DNA of 64,000 nt, from the NCBI RefSeq assembly GCF_009914755.1, contig NC_060927.1; one strand, given 5' to 3'. This DNA comes from the human T2T-CHM13v2.0 reference genome, Homo sapiens. The position numbers were made by a program, and so were the translations under genes. Shown piece after piece: positions 39,561 to 55,689 of this stretch; within the stretch, counting starts at the first letter, position 1; every line of letters starts with the position of its first letter. A model generated the notes under the pieces. The model had not been told where the DNA came from. It saw only the letters and a program-made list of their open reading frames with translations, and searched no databases.

Positions 39561-39949
39561 TGTATGAATATTTACCTTTTAAAACATCAGTTCTTTCCAA
39601 ATTCTCACAAAGTATTTGTTAATAGTAAATATATTATTTAAAACATCTCTTTAGTTATGAGAGAAGTTGATAGTTACAATATAATATTGCCTCACTTTGT
39701 TTTTTAAGTCTAACTCTGTCAGGCTTACTTCATGTCAGTTTTATGTATTGAAAACTGGACTCATTATAGACATAACTCAGAGTTGACATGATATTTCCTC
39801 TATGGCCACAAGCTATTCTAAGGGACTAGTTAAGGTTAGTGTTGACATGCCTTTGATTTTTTAAAAAAGTTCATATATAATTTTACTGTTTACTATTAGT
39901 GAATATATGAGAGACACTGATTAAAAAGGCAGTAAAATGATCTTTATGA

Positions 39950-40640
39950 AAACAACTAATTTGGTTCCAGATACTTTTCTAAGCACATTAAACATATTTA
40001 ATTATTATAGACATCTGTTAACTTAAGTACTATTACTTCATTCATTTTACAAATCAAAAATTGGGGCTTAGAGTAATAAAGTAACTTGGAAAAGATCACA
40101 CAACTCATACATAGTGATTTCAACTCATGAGGATGGACATTCTGCAGTTCATTAGCCTAATTTTGAATGCTGCTTAAATCTCTGTGTCTTACTTACTCAT
40201 CTCTAAATAGGGAAAGTGACAATAATCTACCTCACAGGATTGATGTGAGGTATGAGAGCTTTGTAGGAATCTAACTGTAGCATTTTTCATTTGTGTACTA
40301 TTGCAGGAAGGATTAAATTAGTTAGAATTAAAGCATGTAGAACAAATTCCAGGAGTAGATCCACAGCTGATAATGTTAATGAGAAAAAAATGCTTTAAAT
40401 AGGATATCAGAAAGGTCCAGAAGAAGAAAATAGTACTTCAGTATTCACAATAATTGTTTCTTAAGTAATTGCAAGATAATACAACAGGAAAAATATTTTG
40501 AGCTAGTTACAGTGATAACTGAGCCCTAGATCAACCAGTTTCTAGCCATGTAAACTTCGAAAAGCCACTTCCCTTTTATATTATTTATTCACTTATAAAC
40601 AAGACACAAAACCTACTTTCCCTACCTCACAGATTGATAA
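39950..40640. mobile_element. Cluster of MIR fragments in both orientations
   Basis: CATTTTACAAAT..AAAATTGGGGCTTAGAG..AAGTAACTTG..AAGATCACAC (minus). CTACCTCACAGG at ~40230 and CCTACCTCACAG at ~40625 (plus). Confidence 0.55.
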
Positions 40641-42904
40641 TACAGAATATGTATGTGTATACACATACATGTACACACGCACACACTCTACATAATGTAT
40701 ATTATATACAATTATACATAATAGAGCAAATAATGAGAATATAAATATTCAAATATAAACATTTATAATAAATACATAATATAGTGTTTTAAATATAACT
40801 TAAATAGAATATATTTCTATAATATATAAAACAATAAAATATGTAGTAATCATATATGTTATACTAGACTTCATTTTATATATGGAATATTCTGAAGGTA
40901 GATATTTTATATAATTATTTATTTTTGTTATATTTATATATTGAATATTCTTAGAGGATAAACCACTATAGAAATATAAAGAATTATTCTAAGTTTTTAC
41001 TGTAAATTTCAAGGAGTTAATCAGATTTACCTAGAGGAATACATGAGATAATTCCAAAAAAAAAGTAAAATCTGGAATACAAATTTTGAGAAAGACTAAA
41101 TTTAAGTATACTTCTCTTTCAAATCACTCACTATTAGATTCCTTTATGCTTAAAATTAGCAGTGTAGAAGACTGTCAGAGTATATGAACAAGCTTTATTT
41201 CCATAGATAACTGTTAATATTTCTTTAGAGAGAATGCAATGTCAAGAATATTATGCAAGAGTGAATGGAATGTTCTCAGAATGAAATCAAGATACCTAGA
41301 TTAGCCAGACTGTAGAATAATTATATTTTCCTGGCCCTTTTCACAATGCCAACTATATATTTATTCTGTACTATTTTTCCTGATTTTTTTTTCTGCTGAG
41401 ACTTGTTAATTTATTACGTAAATTTTTAATGTACATTGTAATCCTGAAAATAAGACTCAGTAGTCATTGATGAGAGTTGCAGCACATGTCAACAATATCC
41501 AAAATATAAAATGCAACTTTTTACACATATTCTTAACAAACTTGTCTACTTAGTTTTATTGGAAGTAAGGATTGTTATAAAGTATTTAATAAGAAAAGTA
41601 ATCTAAATAAGCACAGGGTGTGAGAAAATAGATACAAGATGAAGATGATATAAGATGGCTTAAAGGGCTGATTGCCAGGCAAATTGAATTTTATAACTAC
41701 CAATTTATCATTAGAAAAGTGATTTTACATTGTTTACTTAAAGCTCCTACATCCAATTTTTACATTTATACGAAAATGGAATTTACATAATTTTTCCAAA
41801 AGTATTTATTGAATGCCAATCTTTGTAAGTTTTAAAATTGAATTTGTAGAGATTGCAGCAGCGTAGTGAGAGCAAACATGTACACGCTGCCTACCATAGA
41901 AGGCAGGATGTGGTATACTGGAGATATGCACAATGCCGCAAAAGAATGGTAGAGGAAGAGCTTCATTCCCACAGGAGAAAGCTTCACGTGGATGTGTCCT
42001 TAGCTGGCCCGGAGGGGGAAGCTGTGATTTATTTTTAGGTTGAGATGATGTCTTATTATTCTAGGTGTAGGCCAGAACATGGCTGAAGCCCAGTGCAGAG
42101 AAAATTATTGTCTTTTCAGGAAACAAAAGAACAGAGCAGAGAGTAAGAATGCTCTGAATAGTTTGTGGGCGTGGATGGAAATAGGGCGCAGAGAATAGGC
42201 CGGGTTGATGACTGCCAAAATAACACAGACTCTCAAACTAATCAATGTGTTAAAGCTCCTGTTCTAGATGTGAAACTTTCACTAAGCATTAGTTAATTAA
42301 AGCTACCAAACAGTTCATTAATCCTGATACAAAGTCCTGGGTGGAATCCTCCCTCCAAGTGGGAAAGAAAAGCAGTCACTCTAAGTAATTTTGTTCAGAA
42401 CTCAAAGCAATTGAGCATTCTAATAGCTATTAATAAATACATTAATATATTTTTTAACCAACAAACTTCCTTTGTAATGTTATCTTTAAAAGAAGAAAAC
42501 TTCATGTGTTTATTTTGGAGGGGACATAAAAATAATTATTTGAAGTAGAAAGTGTAAGTCCTGCAAATATGAAAATTAATGTTGCATATTGGTTTTTTGC
42601 TGCTTTATGAGAAGTGATATAGAAAATAATACATTTCTAATTTAGAATATTTTATTAACTAATATTTATCAGAGAAGATTGCTTTTCAGAAATAGTACAA
42701 TACTTTAAAATGTATATTTAATACTCATATATATCTAAATTCATCATAAATGCATTGGGATTGTAAATGACAAAACACTGCAAAATACAAAACAGTTGCT
42801 TGTGTTTATAGTTAAGTGGAAGTATAACATAATGATTGTAAAGTGAAATCTATATATACATACATATGTATATGATTCCTATTTCTTTCTTGTTATACAA
42901 GAAT

Positions 42905-45740
42905 TTCTTTACTTTGTAAAATTCAATTTTCAGATATTTGGGGTACAAGTACATGTTTGTTCATTGGTATATTGTATGATGCTGAGGTTTAGGGTACAGG
43001 TGATCTCATTATCCAGGTAGTGAGAATAGTAACGTATAGATAGTTTTTCAGCCCACATCCCCCTTCTCGCCCCTTCTAGTAGTCCCCAGTGTCTATCATT
43101 CTTATCTTCATGCCTACGTGTATTTGGTGTTTAACTGTCCTTTATAAGAGAGAAGATGTGGTATCTTATTTTCTGTTTCTGCATTAATTTGCTTACAGTA
43201 ATGGCCTCCAGCTTTATCTGTGTTACTGCAAAGGACATGATTTCATTCTTTCTTATGGCTGCATAATATTTCATGGCATATATGTACCACTTTTTCTTTA
43301 TCCATTCCACCATTGACAGGCACCTAGGTTGATTCCATGTCTTTCCTATGATTGTGAATAGCGCTGTGATGAACATACAAGTCAGTGCATGTGTCTTTTC
43401 GTTAGAATGATCTGTTTTCCTTTGGGTATAGACACAGTAATGGACTTCCTGGGTCAAATGGAAGCTCTGTTTTAGGTTCTTTAAGAAATCTCCAAAATGC
43501 TTTCCACAGTGGTTGAACTAATTTACATTCCCACCAAGAGTGAATAAGTGTTCCCTTTTCTCCACAGCTTTGTCAGCATGTGTTACTTTTTGACTTTTTA
43601 ATAATAGTCATCCTGACTGGCATGAATGGTATCTCATTGTGGTTTAGATTTGCATTTCTCTGATGATTAGTGATGATGAGCATTTTTTCATGTTTTTGGC
43701 CACTGGTATGTCTTCTCTTGAGATGTGCTTGTTCATATCCTTTGTCCATTTTTTGATGGAGTTTTTTTTTTCTTGTTGATTTAAATTCCCTACGGATTCT
43801 GTGTCTCAGACCTTTATCAGATGCATAATTTGCGAGTATTTTCTCCCATAGTTTAGGTTATCTGTTTACTTTGTTGATAGATGTCTTTTGCTGTGTAGAA
43901 GTTCTTTAATTAGGTACCACTTGTTAATTTTTGTTTTTATTTCAATTGCTTTGAAGGAATTTGCCAGTAGTTCTTTGCCAAGGCCAATGTCAAGAAGAGT
44001 ATTTTCCAGATTTTCTTCTAGGATTTATATAGTTAGAGATCTTACGTTGAAATCTTTAACCCATCTTGAGTTAATTATTGTGTATGGTAAAAGGTGAGTA
44101 TCCAGTTTCTTTCTTCTGCCTATGGTTAGCCAATTATCTCAGCATCATTTATTAAATAGGAATTTCTTTCTTCATTGCTTGGATCAGGTGGTTGTAGGTG
44201 TATAGCTTTATTTCTGGGTACTCTATTTTGTCCCTTTGGTCTACATATTTGTTTTTATGCCACCACCACGCTGCTTGGATTACTTTAGCCTTGTAGTATA
44301 CTTTGAAGTGGGGTAGTGTGATGCCTCCAGCTTTGTTCTTTTTGCTTAGGATTGTTTTGGCTACTCTGGCTCTTTTCTGGTTCCATATGAGTTTTAGAAT
44401 ACTTTTTTTATAATTCTGTGAGACATGATCTTAGTAGTTTGATAAGAAATAACATTTAATCTGTAGATTCTATTGTAGTTCTCCTTGTAGAGCCCTTTCA
44501 CCTCCTTGGTTAGCCGCATTCCTAGGTATTTCATTTTCTTTGTGGCTGCTGTATATGGGACTGTATTCTTGATTTGACTCTCAGCTTGCACGTTATTGGT
44601 GTATAGAAATGCTACTAATTTCTGTGCATTGATTTTGTATCCTGAAATATTATTGAAATCATTTGTCAGTTCCAGGAACCTTTTGGCAGAGTCTTTAGGA
44701 TTTTATAGATATAGAATCGTATCACCAGTGAAGACAGATATTTTGACTTCTGTTCTTCCTGTTTGGATGCCTTTTATTTATTTATCTTGCCTGATTGCTC
44801 AGGCTAGGATTTCCAGTACTATGTTGAATAGGAGTGGTGAGAGTGGGCACCCTTGCGTTGTTCCAGGCCTCAGGGGGAACAGCCCATCGTTTGCCTGTTC
44901 AGTATGATGTTGTCTGTGGGTTTGTCATAGATGGCTCTTATTGTTTTGAGGTATGGCCATTTGATACCTAGTCTGTTAAGGATTTTATCATGAAGGAATG
45001 TTGGATTTTATGAAAAGTTTTTCTGTGTCTATGGAGATTGTCATATGGTTTTGCTTTTAATTCTGTTTATGTGGCGAATGAGTTTTATTGATTTGCAAAT
45101 GTCAACCCAGCTTTACATCCCAGGAATAAAGCCCAGTTGATCATGAAGAATTAGCTTTTTGATGTGTTGCTGGCTTCAGTTTGATCATATTTCATTGAGG
45201 ATTTTTGCCTCTATGTTCGCCAGGGATACTGGCCTGAAGATTTCCTTTTTTGTTTTATCTCCACCAGATTTTGGTATCAGGCTGATGCTAGCTTCTTAGA
45301 ATGAGTTAGAGAGGAGTTCCTGTTTATCAATTTTTTTAATCGTTTCAATATGATTGATACCAGTTATTCTTGGAACATCTGGTAGAATTCAGCTGTGAAT
45401 CCATCTAGTCCAAGGCTTTTTTAGTTGGCAGTTTTTCTATTACTGATTCAATTTCAAAACTTGTTATTGTTTTTTCAAATTTTTTCTTTCAAATTTTTCT
45501 TTCAAATTTTTCTTTCAAATTTTTACTTTCTTCCTGGTTCAATGTTGAGATGTTGTGTGTTTCCAGAAATTTATCCATTTCCTCTAGATTTTCTAATTTG
45601 TGTGCATAGAGGTGTTCATAATAGTCTCCGAGGATCTTTTTTATTTCTGTGAGATCAGTGGTAGTGTCATCATTGTCATTTCTCTTTGTCCTTATTTAGT
45701 TCTTCTCTCGCTCTTTTTTCTTTTCTAATCTAGTTAAAGC
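42905..45740 (-). mobile_element. L1PA15-like, 5'-truncated (3' UTR plus part of ORF2)
   Basis: ORF 43131..43457 (MFITALFTI..KTWNQPRCLSMVEWIKK) and ORF 44394..44591 are L1 ORF2 remnants. L1PA15-type 3' UTR. Confidence 0.9.
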
Positions 45741-46689
45741 TACCTATTCCTGATGTGTTGTTATAATTGCAAGAAAGGAAATACTGTACATTAACTTCTA
45801 AGTTAATTAGCTTATTAGAGAATGTAAGGATTTATAACATTATGTTATTATTATTATTATATCCAATTGTGTTCCATCCTGAGAGCTGTGGTGAGAAGCC
45901 TTTACAGTAATAATATTTTGGCTTTTTCTGGTGTTCTGTTTTGCCTTCTTATTTCTTACATTGCTTTGTGCTGGCAGACAGAGAGAGAATGCCAATGTAA
46001 CTCCAGGGGTTGATGCCATTTCATAACTACAAGACATGGTTCATTACAGATAGGTTATTATAAAAGCAGAAAACAAGTGCCTTCCAAGAATCTAAGTATA
46101 GATAATTACATTTTAAAACTGCTTACAGTATGTTACTGCAATGGAACTGAAAAGCCAAATGGTAGAAACAGTTGCTTGGACCCCAGGCAAAGAAACATTT
46201 TAAAACTTCCATAATACACGAAGCATTCTCAAAATATGATAAATACACCTTTGTTCACTTGTAACTTTAGTGCTTGGTGTGAAAACTTTGTTTAAACATT
46301 TAGAGTGTTCTGTGGACTAAAGGGGAAAAGGTTAAGGGCATAGATCAAATTAGCAAAGATGCCAATTTGTGAAGCTGAGAGCTGGTAATAGAAGACTGCT
46401 GAATCTGGGCACATCACCAACTGTTAGCATTTGTTCTAAAATTTTTTTATATATATAAATAGCAACCTAAACTCAACGTTACTTATAAGGGAGTCATACA
46501 TAAGAATTCTGTAGTTCAGATCTATTATTGGTTATTAGTTAGAAAACAGGTGTCTTCCTCAACAACTTAATGTAAGAAAATAATTCATCATTATATTCCT
46601 ATGTCTTTATAACTCCTGTTTCATAGTGGTTACTTAATAAATAATCATAATGATAAAGAAGGTAATGATTAATGATAAAATTGATCACA

Positions 46690-46910
46690 ACAGCTACTTT
46701 TCATTGGTCACATATTGAGTGCCAGGAACTCCGAAAACATTATCTTATTTAATTCTAAAAACATATCTCCTAAAATGATATCACTTATTCCTTTCTTATA
46801 GATGAGAATAGTAAGATATAAAGAAGTTGAGTACCATACCAAAAGTCAAATAATTATCATGCTAAAATTGCAAGATTTAAAAAGAAACATATCTCTAAAC
46901 CCAAGTTTCT
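46690..46910 (-). mobile_element. MIR
   Basis: GTGCCAGGAACT...TTATCTTATTTAATTCT...TTATAGATGAG..AGTTGAGTA..CCAAAAGTCA. Confidence 0.55.
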
Positions 46911-47026
46911 TCCCCTCCCAAAGAAATGTAAGCTGATTCTTTTGAGTGACAGAGTAGATGGAGGGATGGATGTATGAGTTCTAATGTTTATCTAGGCTAA
47001 TGCATGAGTTCTGTTGTTTAAAGATA

Positions 47027-47027
<1 letters not shown>

Positions 47028-47071
<44 letters not shown>
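47028..47071. repeat. (CA)~22 microsatellite
   Basis: Uninterrupted CA run, likely polymorphic. Confidence 0.95.
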
Positions 47072-47073
<2 letters not shown>

Positions 47074-47102
47074 GTTACAATGTAATACTTAAGAAGTGTC
47101 CA

Positions 47103-47403
47103 GGTTGGGCATGGTGGCTCACACCTGTAATCCCAGCAATTTGCGAAGCCGAGGCGGGCAGATCATTTGAGGTCAGGAATTTGAGACCAGCCTGACCAAC
47201 ATGGTGAAACCCCAGCTCTACTGAAAAAAAAAAAAAAAAAAAGCTGGACGTGATGTTGCGTGCCTGTAGCCCCGATACTCAGGAGGCAGAGGCAGGATAA
47301 CTGCTTGAACCTGGGAGGCAGAGGTTGCCGTGGGCCGAGATCGCACCACTGCACTCCAGGCTGGGCAACAGAGCAAGACTCCATCTCAAAAAAAGAAAAA
47401 AAA
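47103..47403 (+). mobile_element. AluS (Sx/Sz-like), middle linker expanded to a pure A run
   Basis: Dimeric Alu. TSD AAGTGTCCA on both sides. Confidence 0.93.
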
Positions 47404-47449
47404 AAGTGTCCATAAGAAGCACCACAATTTAAGAGAGAAGTATTAGTCA

Positions 47450-47740
47450 TTTCCAGATATTTTCACACTGCAATATTTTTATGTGTTATTTGTGACTTCT
47501 GGGTTCAACCTCTACCAACACAATAGTCCACTCCACACAGGCTCTTTCTGTCTGAGTAGCAGTGCCCCTCCAGGTGGCTTTCAGGGAAAAGCTTCTTTTA
47601 AGAAGTCAGTACACACGCACTTGTCCATGTTGTCTCTTGTGGTCTGCGCCTGATCAATTAGAAATAGGCATGCACTTCTTCTGCCTCATCTCAAAAATAC
47701 AGTAATTTGTATCGGTGTTTGTAAAAATTTGAAAACACTG
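47450..47740. mobile_element. Possible hAT-Charlie DNA transposon fragment
   Basis: Ends TTTGAAAACACTG, like a hAT-Charlie terminal repeat. The other end is not found. Confidence 0.35.
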
Positions 47741-48799
47741 CTTTAGTTTTAATAAAATTTTGTCTTAATTTTCATTTTACCTAAAAAGGAATATCACAAT
47801 GAAACTTTTGTTAGCTCCAACTATTCCACGCATTTATCCCTGCCATCACCCAAATCATTTTAAAAATAATTCTTTCCATTACTTCTACCCAAGGCCATGG
47901 TTAAAGAGAGATTAGTGCTGCTTAAATAAAAGGTCCTCAGGTTGTGTGACAGTTGATTGCTTTAAGATTAAATTTTTACCCAAACTGGACTAAGTGAAAT
48001 TCCTTCTAGAGATTCTGGAATGGGGTTAAAGGATTATAGTTTCTCTGTGGCTAGTTTTACACACAGAAGTGTGAGGCTTGGTCATGTTAATTGATCTGTT
48101 TTATCATGAGATTTGGAGGAATGAAAACACCTTACAAAGAGTACATGCGATTTATGAGAGGAACAGAGAAAAGTGAGACCAGGAGGATGAAAGGAAGAGA
48201 GAAGAGCCCAGCACTCAAGTCACGAGTTCCAGTTCAATCCTGAGGTCTTTCTGTTCCGGGCTATTTTTTCCTATTTTTCCTTGTAACTAGGCTTTTAACT
48301 AAGTTAATCCAAATGTGTTCCTATATTTTCAACCAAAGAAGCCATACTGAATATGAGAGAAAATACTTAGAACATGAAACAGAGAACTTAGTTTTAAAGA
48401 GATACATGTTAAATAATACAAAATATAAATATATTATAGCAAAGCTTTAAAAATAATATAAATGCTTCAACTTGCATCTTGGAAGATAATTTACAAAATT
48501 CTATATTTAAATATGTAACTAATATTTTGTCTAAGCATCAATTGTTACCTATGCAAATTAAATGGAATACAAACTAGCATTATGGCAATATAATTAGTAT
48601 TTGGCGGATAGAAAAAGAAACATGAAATTTCCAAGTAGTATTTCACATAACAAGGGTGTAGTAAGAAGATTTAAAAAAATAAAAAAATAAAAAATAAACC
48701 ATTTATAACTTTAGAAGGATCCAAAGAGAAAATATGCCTTGATAATTTGCTGAACTAAAGACTAGTGAGAAGATGACTTTAGTTTCTAAATCATTTCTC

Positions 48800-49410
48800 T
48801 ATTCATATTTTATTATTTTACATTTCTCCAGCCATAGATTGATGTTATAATGAAATTAATCCTGTCAGGAGAAGAATTTTTAATTCTTAAACTGAATTCT
48901 AATAATTTCTATTTTCAAATCTCCCTTCATACTCCCACATAATGATCTTATCATTCCTGGTAATGCCCTTTATTTTTGTCATTTCCTTGAGAGTAGATTC
49001 CATTTTAATAATTATTTTCTGATTTTCTTGCCTTTTTCTGGCCTCATATTGCCCTTCTCTTTTGGCCAAGCTTAGTTCCTTTTATCTTTCCCTAATGAGA
49101 AATTGTTGCTACATGGTTTTGTTGCTCAGATTAAAAATTTTGGTGTCATCTTTGACCAGTATCTATCAATCTTTTTTTTTTCTCTCTCATCTTTTTCTCT
49201 CTTACTCACATGCTAACCTTTTGAGCCTTTCTTTGAAATATAGCTGGAATATATTCTGGCTTCTCTCACACTTCTTTCACTATCACTTTGGCCAAAACAC
49301 CATTATCTGTGATTAGTGCAGATGATCAGTGCAGCATCATCTTCTCACCCTTGCTTTCACAGCAGCCTTCTTATAATCTGTTTTCTACACAGCAGTCTTT
49401 AAAATAACAT
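48800..49410 (+). mobile_element. L2 fragment
   Basis: GTTGCTCAGATTAAAAATTTTGGTGTCATCTTTGAC...CCAAAACACCATTATCT...TTCTACACAGCAG. Confidence 0.6.
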
Positions 49411-49429
49411 TCAAGTTTATTTTTAGTTC

Positions 49430-51145
49430 AAAATGTAACAAACTTGGAAATCATCACTTCTTTAAGTTGGACACTTAAAAATAACTTACACCGGAACCAT
49501 CAGAAAACAGGTCTTGAACAAACCACCATTGCAAAATCTTGAAAGACAGGTGAATCAGAGAGTCAAGCTAAAATGTATTTAACTGGAGGAAAGGTCAATT
49601 AAATAGTAATATTAATGAGGTTTTGGACAAACTTGAGAATGGGAAACTCCTAAAACCTACAGTCTTAAGAGAGGGCCCCCACATATTTGTGGGCTTTATT
49701 TCCAGGAACTTCATTAGGTTCTGACAATGAAGAGTTGAAAATACCCCATTCTGTGTGACTCTGGCAGGAGTGGAATACTCCCAGAGTATTCCCAAAAGAA
49801 AGGCTCGCTCTACAGGTGAAAGGCATTACCAAAGCCCTATCTCACTGGGGACAAGGGCATTTCTAGTACTGCAGTCTAATAAAGCATTCCTGTCTCAGGT
49901 AAGGGGGAAAATAAAGCTAAGAAACATAAGTAAACATAAGCGAACATAACAACTCAGGCACATAAGCCCATCTAATTATAAGATTATGTAAACCATTACC
50001 ACATGGAACGTTTGCCTTTTTCCCTTTTCTTAGCACAGGTCGGGAAGGTTACTGATAAGCAAAGAGAGAAGGCCAATTGTTCCATGTGGTAATGGTTTAG
50101 ATTTGAAAACACCAGTATGACCTCATGTTGTTTTAATACAGCTGTATATGAATCCATATGGAAACATTTATACCTATACACATATATTACCTTACTCTTA
50201 GTTAACAGGCCTAGAAGAAATGGCACTCCAGTAACAAGAAACATACCTAGTTTCTAGATATTGGCTTCTAATACTACATTTCACATAAAGGAACTAGGGC
50301 TTTTTGGAGAAATGGCTGATGCTAGGCTTAGCTGAGAAATTATAAAATGTGAGCTTGGAGCATATTCATTCTTACAGTGACAGAAAGTTGGGACACATTA
50401 AAACCAAACAAATGATAACAAAAGTACCATCAAAAACAAACACACATTCACAAATACATATCTGGGGATATGTCAAAGGAATGCAGAAGCCTACTAAAAG
50501 AGCTTCCAATAGCCAATGCTGGAAAATTTTGAGTAAAATAAAGTAATATTGGATTTTAATTTAAATTATAAAACAGATATTTGTGAGTCCATACAGATAC
50601 AAATGACTGAATAAATAAACAGGGAAGAATAAACAAATTATTCCCGCAGAAAAAATCCAAACAATTCTTGCAGATAATTTGTATGCAAGAAGATTTACAT
50701 CTCAAGCATGGGCATCTCATTGTGACTTCTCTCTAAAAGTTCAATAGACAAAGCAGGGAAAACTGCTACCTTTACATAGAGAAACCTGACAAACACCACT
50801 TCAGCCAAGTGATCAAGGTTAATATATACTGGGATTAGTTATGTTGATAGTATGTACCCTTTATATGAAAATATCACTTGACCTCTGAACTTTCTTCAAA
50901 AACCCATAATCTGGTCTAATCATGAGAAAAACATCAGACAAATCTTAATTAAGGAGCATTCTATAAAATTTCTGACCCGGACCTCTCAGAACTATCAAGG
51001 TCATCAAAGTAAGGAATATCCTACAGTCAAACCAAGAGAAACCTGAGGAAACCTGATGATTAAATGTGATGTGGTATCCTGGATGAGATCTTAGGACAGA
51101 AAAGGGACATCAGGTTAAGATAAAGAAATCTAAAAAAAAAGTATT
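49430..51145 (+). mobile_element. L1MC-type element: 5' UTR-like piece (~49430-50030) joined to L1MC3-like 3' UTR (~50035-51145)
   Basis: 3' part has GAGAAACCTGACAAACACCAC..AGCCAAGTGATCAAGGTTAA, ATCATGAGAAAAACATCAGACAAA and GTATCCTGGATG. 5' part has GAGGGCCCCCACA..TTGTGGGCTTTA..CCAGGAAC. Confidence 0.7.
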
Positions 51146-51150
51146 AAGGG

Positions 51151-51444
51151 GGCCGGGCGCGGTGGCTCACGCCTGTAATCCCAGCACTTTGGGAGGCCGA
51201 GGCGGGCGGATCACGAGGTCAGGAGATGGAGACCACGGTGAAACCCCATCTCTAATAAAAATACAAAAAATTAGCCGGGTGTGGTGGCGAGCGCCTGTAG
51301 TCCCAGCTACTCAGGAGGCTGAGGCATGAGAATGGCGTGAACCTGGGAGGCGGAGCTTGCAGTTGAGCCCAGATAGCGCCACTGCAGTCCCACCTGGGCG
51401 AAAGAGCAAGACTCCGTCTCAAAAAAAAAACAAAAACAAAAAAC
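51151..51444 (+). mobile_element. Young AluY-lineage element with a 12-bp left-arm deletion
   Basis: CpG-rich head. GAGACCACGGTGAAACC lacks TCCTGGCTAACA. Right arm AGATAGCGCCACTGCAGTCC..CCTGGGCGAAAGAG. Confidence 0.93.
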
Positions 51445-51703
51445 AAAAAACCGAACACCGCATGTTCTCACTCATAAGTGGGAGTTGAACAATGAGAACA
51501 CATGGACATAGGGAGGGGAACATCACACACCAGGGACTGTTGGGGGGTTGGGGGCTGTGGGAGGGATAACATTAGGAGAAATACCTAACGTAGATGAGGG
51601 GTTGATGGGTGCAGCAAAACACCATGGCACGTGTATACGTATGTAACAAAACTGTACGTTCTGCACATGTACCCCAGAACTTAAAGTATAATTTAAAAAA
51701 GAA
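51445..51703 (+). mobile_element. L1PA (PA5-7-like) 3' end
   Basis: AACACCGCATGTTCTCACTCATAAGTGGGAG...CAGAACTTAAAGTATAAT plus a short A tail. Confidence 0.92.
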
Positions 51704-52697
51704 TTTTTTGACTATTGTGAGCACTGCTTTGATTCTAGTTTGTGGACCAGTGCTGGCATATCATAATGCTTACAAATAATTGTTGAATAATGAATGAATA
51801 GTGAATTGAATTGAATTCAATTATTTGTGTGAAACAGCACAACTATCCCTAGGAACTGTGATGAAAAAGCTAGTATCTATAGCTTGAAATATATTGATCA
51901 ACATGGGTGTTAAAAGTAAAATAAGTAAAGATCTAAACCAAATATTGATAATTTTAAGTAACAAATCGTATATATTGACACAAAATTATGGAGAATTAAT
52001 GATCTCAATCAACACTATGTATATTAAAAGTTATAAATAATCTTAATCTCATGTCTTATCACATACTAGTCTATTACTAAGCTTTTTCAACTTCGTCATG
52101 GCAGGTAGCTTATTGATACATAAAGCATTCAGCATTCAATAAAAAAAGGATTATAAATTTTCTTCTGCAGTATACACAGCATCCTCAAAATAGATTTTTC
52201 TGATACTTAAAGAGATTTCTGACAGAAATGCTAGCACTGACATATATAGTATATATCATTTCAGGCTCTGCTGTGATTTATACGGACTTTAATCCAACCT
52301 TATTTTGATTTATGTTTAAAGTGTTAGAAATGAAATTCAATGATTTTCTCAGATACAAAATTTATTAACCACCTTGAAACTCAGAACAAGTTATTTGTTG
52401 GACTTAAATGCTGCTAGCCACAGTCTTTTTGAATTGTTATGATATGTGACTAAGAACTACTTCAGGGCATAATGCATCCAAAGAAGTAGAAACTTACGTT
52501 GAATTAGAAATAAAAGTAGGAGAAAAAAAGTAAAGTTAATGCTATGTATTTACATTTTAAATTGAATAAGGATCTATAATACTCCAGCTAAAAAATTCAA
52601 TTATTATCAATAGTCATACATATGGTTCACTTTATGATGTAACTTAAACCCCACTGGTAGAGTGTTGCTAAAACGTAAGGCCTATTCAAGAGGTATT

Positions 52698-52890
52698 TGT
52701 ATTTAAAAGACTCTTTAATTTTCTGCATATTTACAATGCTTTGACATCTTAAAATATCTTTATGTCTGGGAAAAGACTGCCTTCCTGTGGCTAGACAATT
52801 CTTAAAAGTAGCAAAAGACCTAACTGGGAGTATATCTCTGGTATGCAAACTAACCAATCTAGAGCCATATCTCCTCTCTCTGGACCATAT
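52698..52890 (+). mobile_element. MER74-like ERVL LTR fragment
   Basis: GCTTTGACATCTT...AGACTGCC..GGCTAG.CAATTC...ATGCAAACTAACCAATCTAGAGCC. Confidence 0.55.
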
Positions 52891-52894
52891 TCAT

Positions 52895-55548
<2,654 letters not shown>

Positions 55549-55689
55549 TAGCAGATTCTGTTTTGAAGCAATAATATGACCAGTTTTAGGCAATGGTATA
55601 TAATTATCTAAATTAACTATAACAATCATATGCCTTATTTTACTATCTTCTTTTGTGAATAGACATTGTCAAGTGACTTAAGACAAAAA

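Noticed and set aside
40640-40995. Very AT-rich stretch with loose internal repeats
   Set aside because: Low-complexity decay with no defined unit.
42870-45780. TSD for the L1PA15 (CCTATT...TTGTTATA...CAAGAA on both sides)
   Set aside because: The similarity needs several gaps, so it cannot be called with confidence.
49890-49910. Strong donor CAG|GTAAGG as the cause of the L1MC 5'-3' fusion (spliced L1)
   Set aside because: 5' UTR-like sequence continues ~130 bp past the donor, so the junction does not coincide with it.
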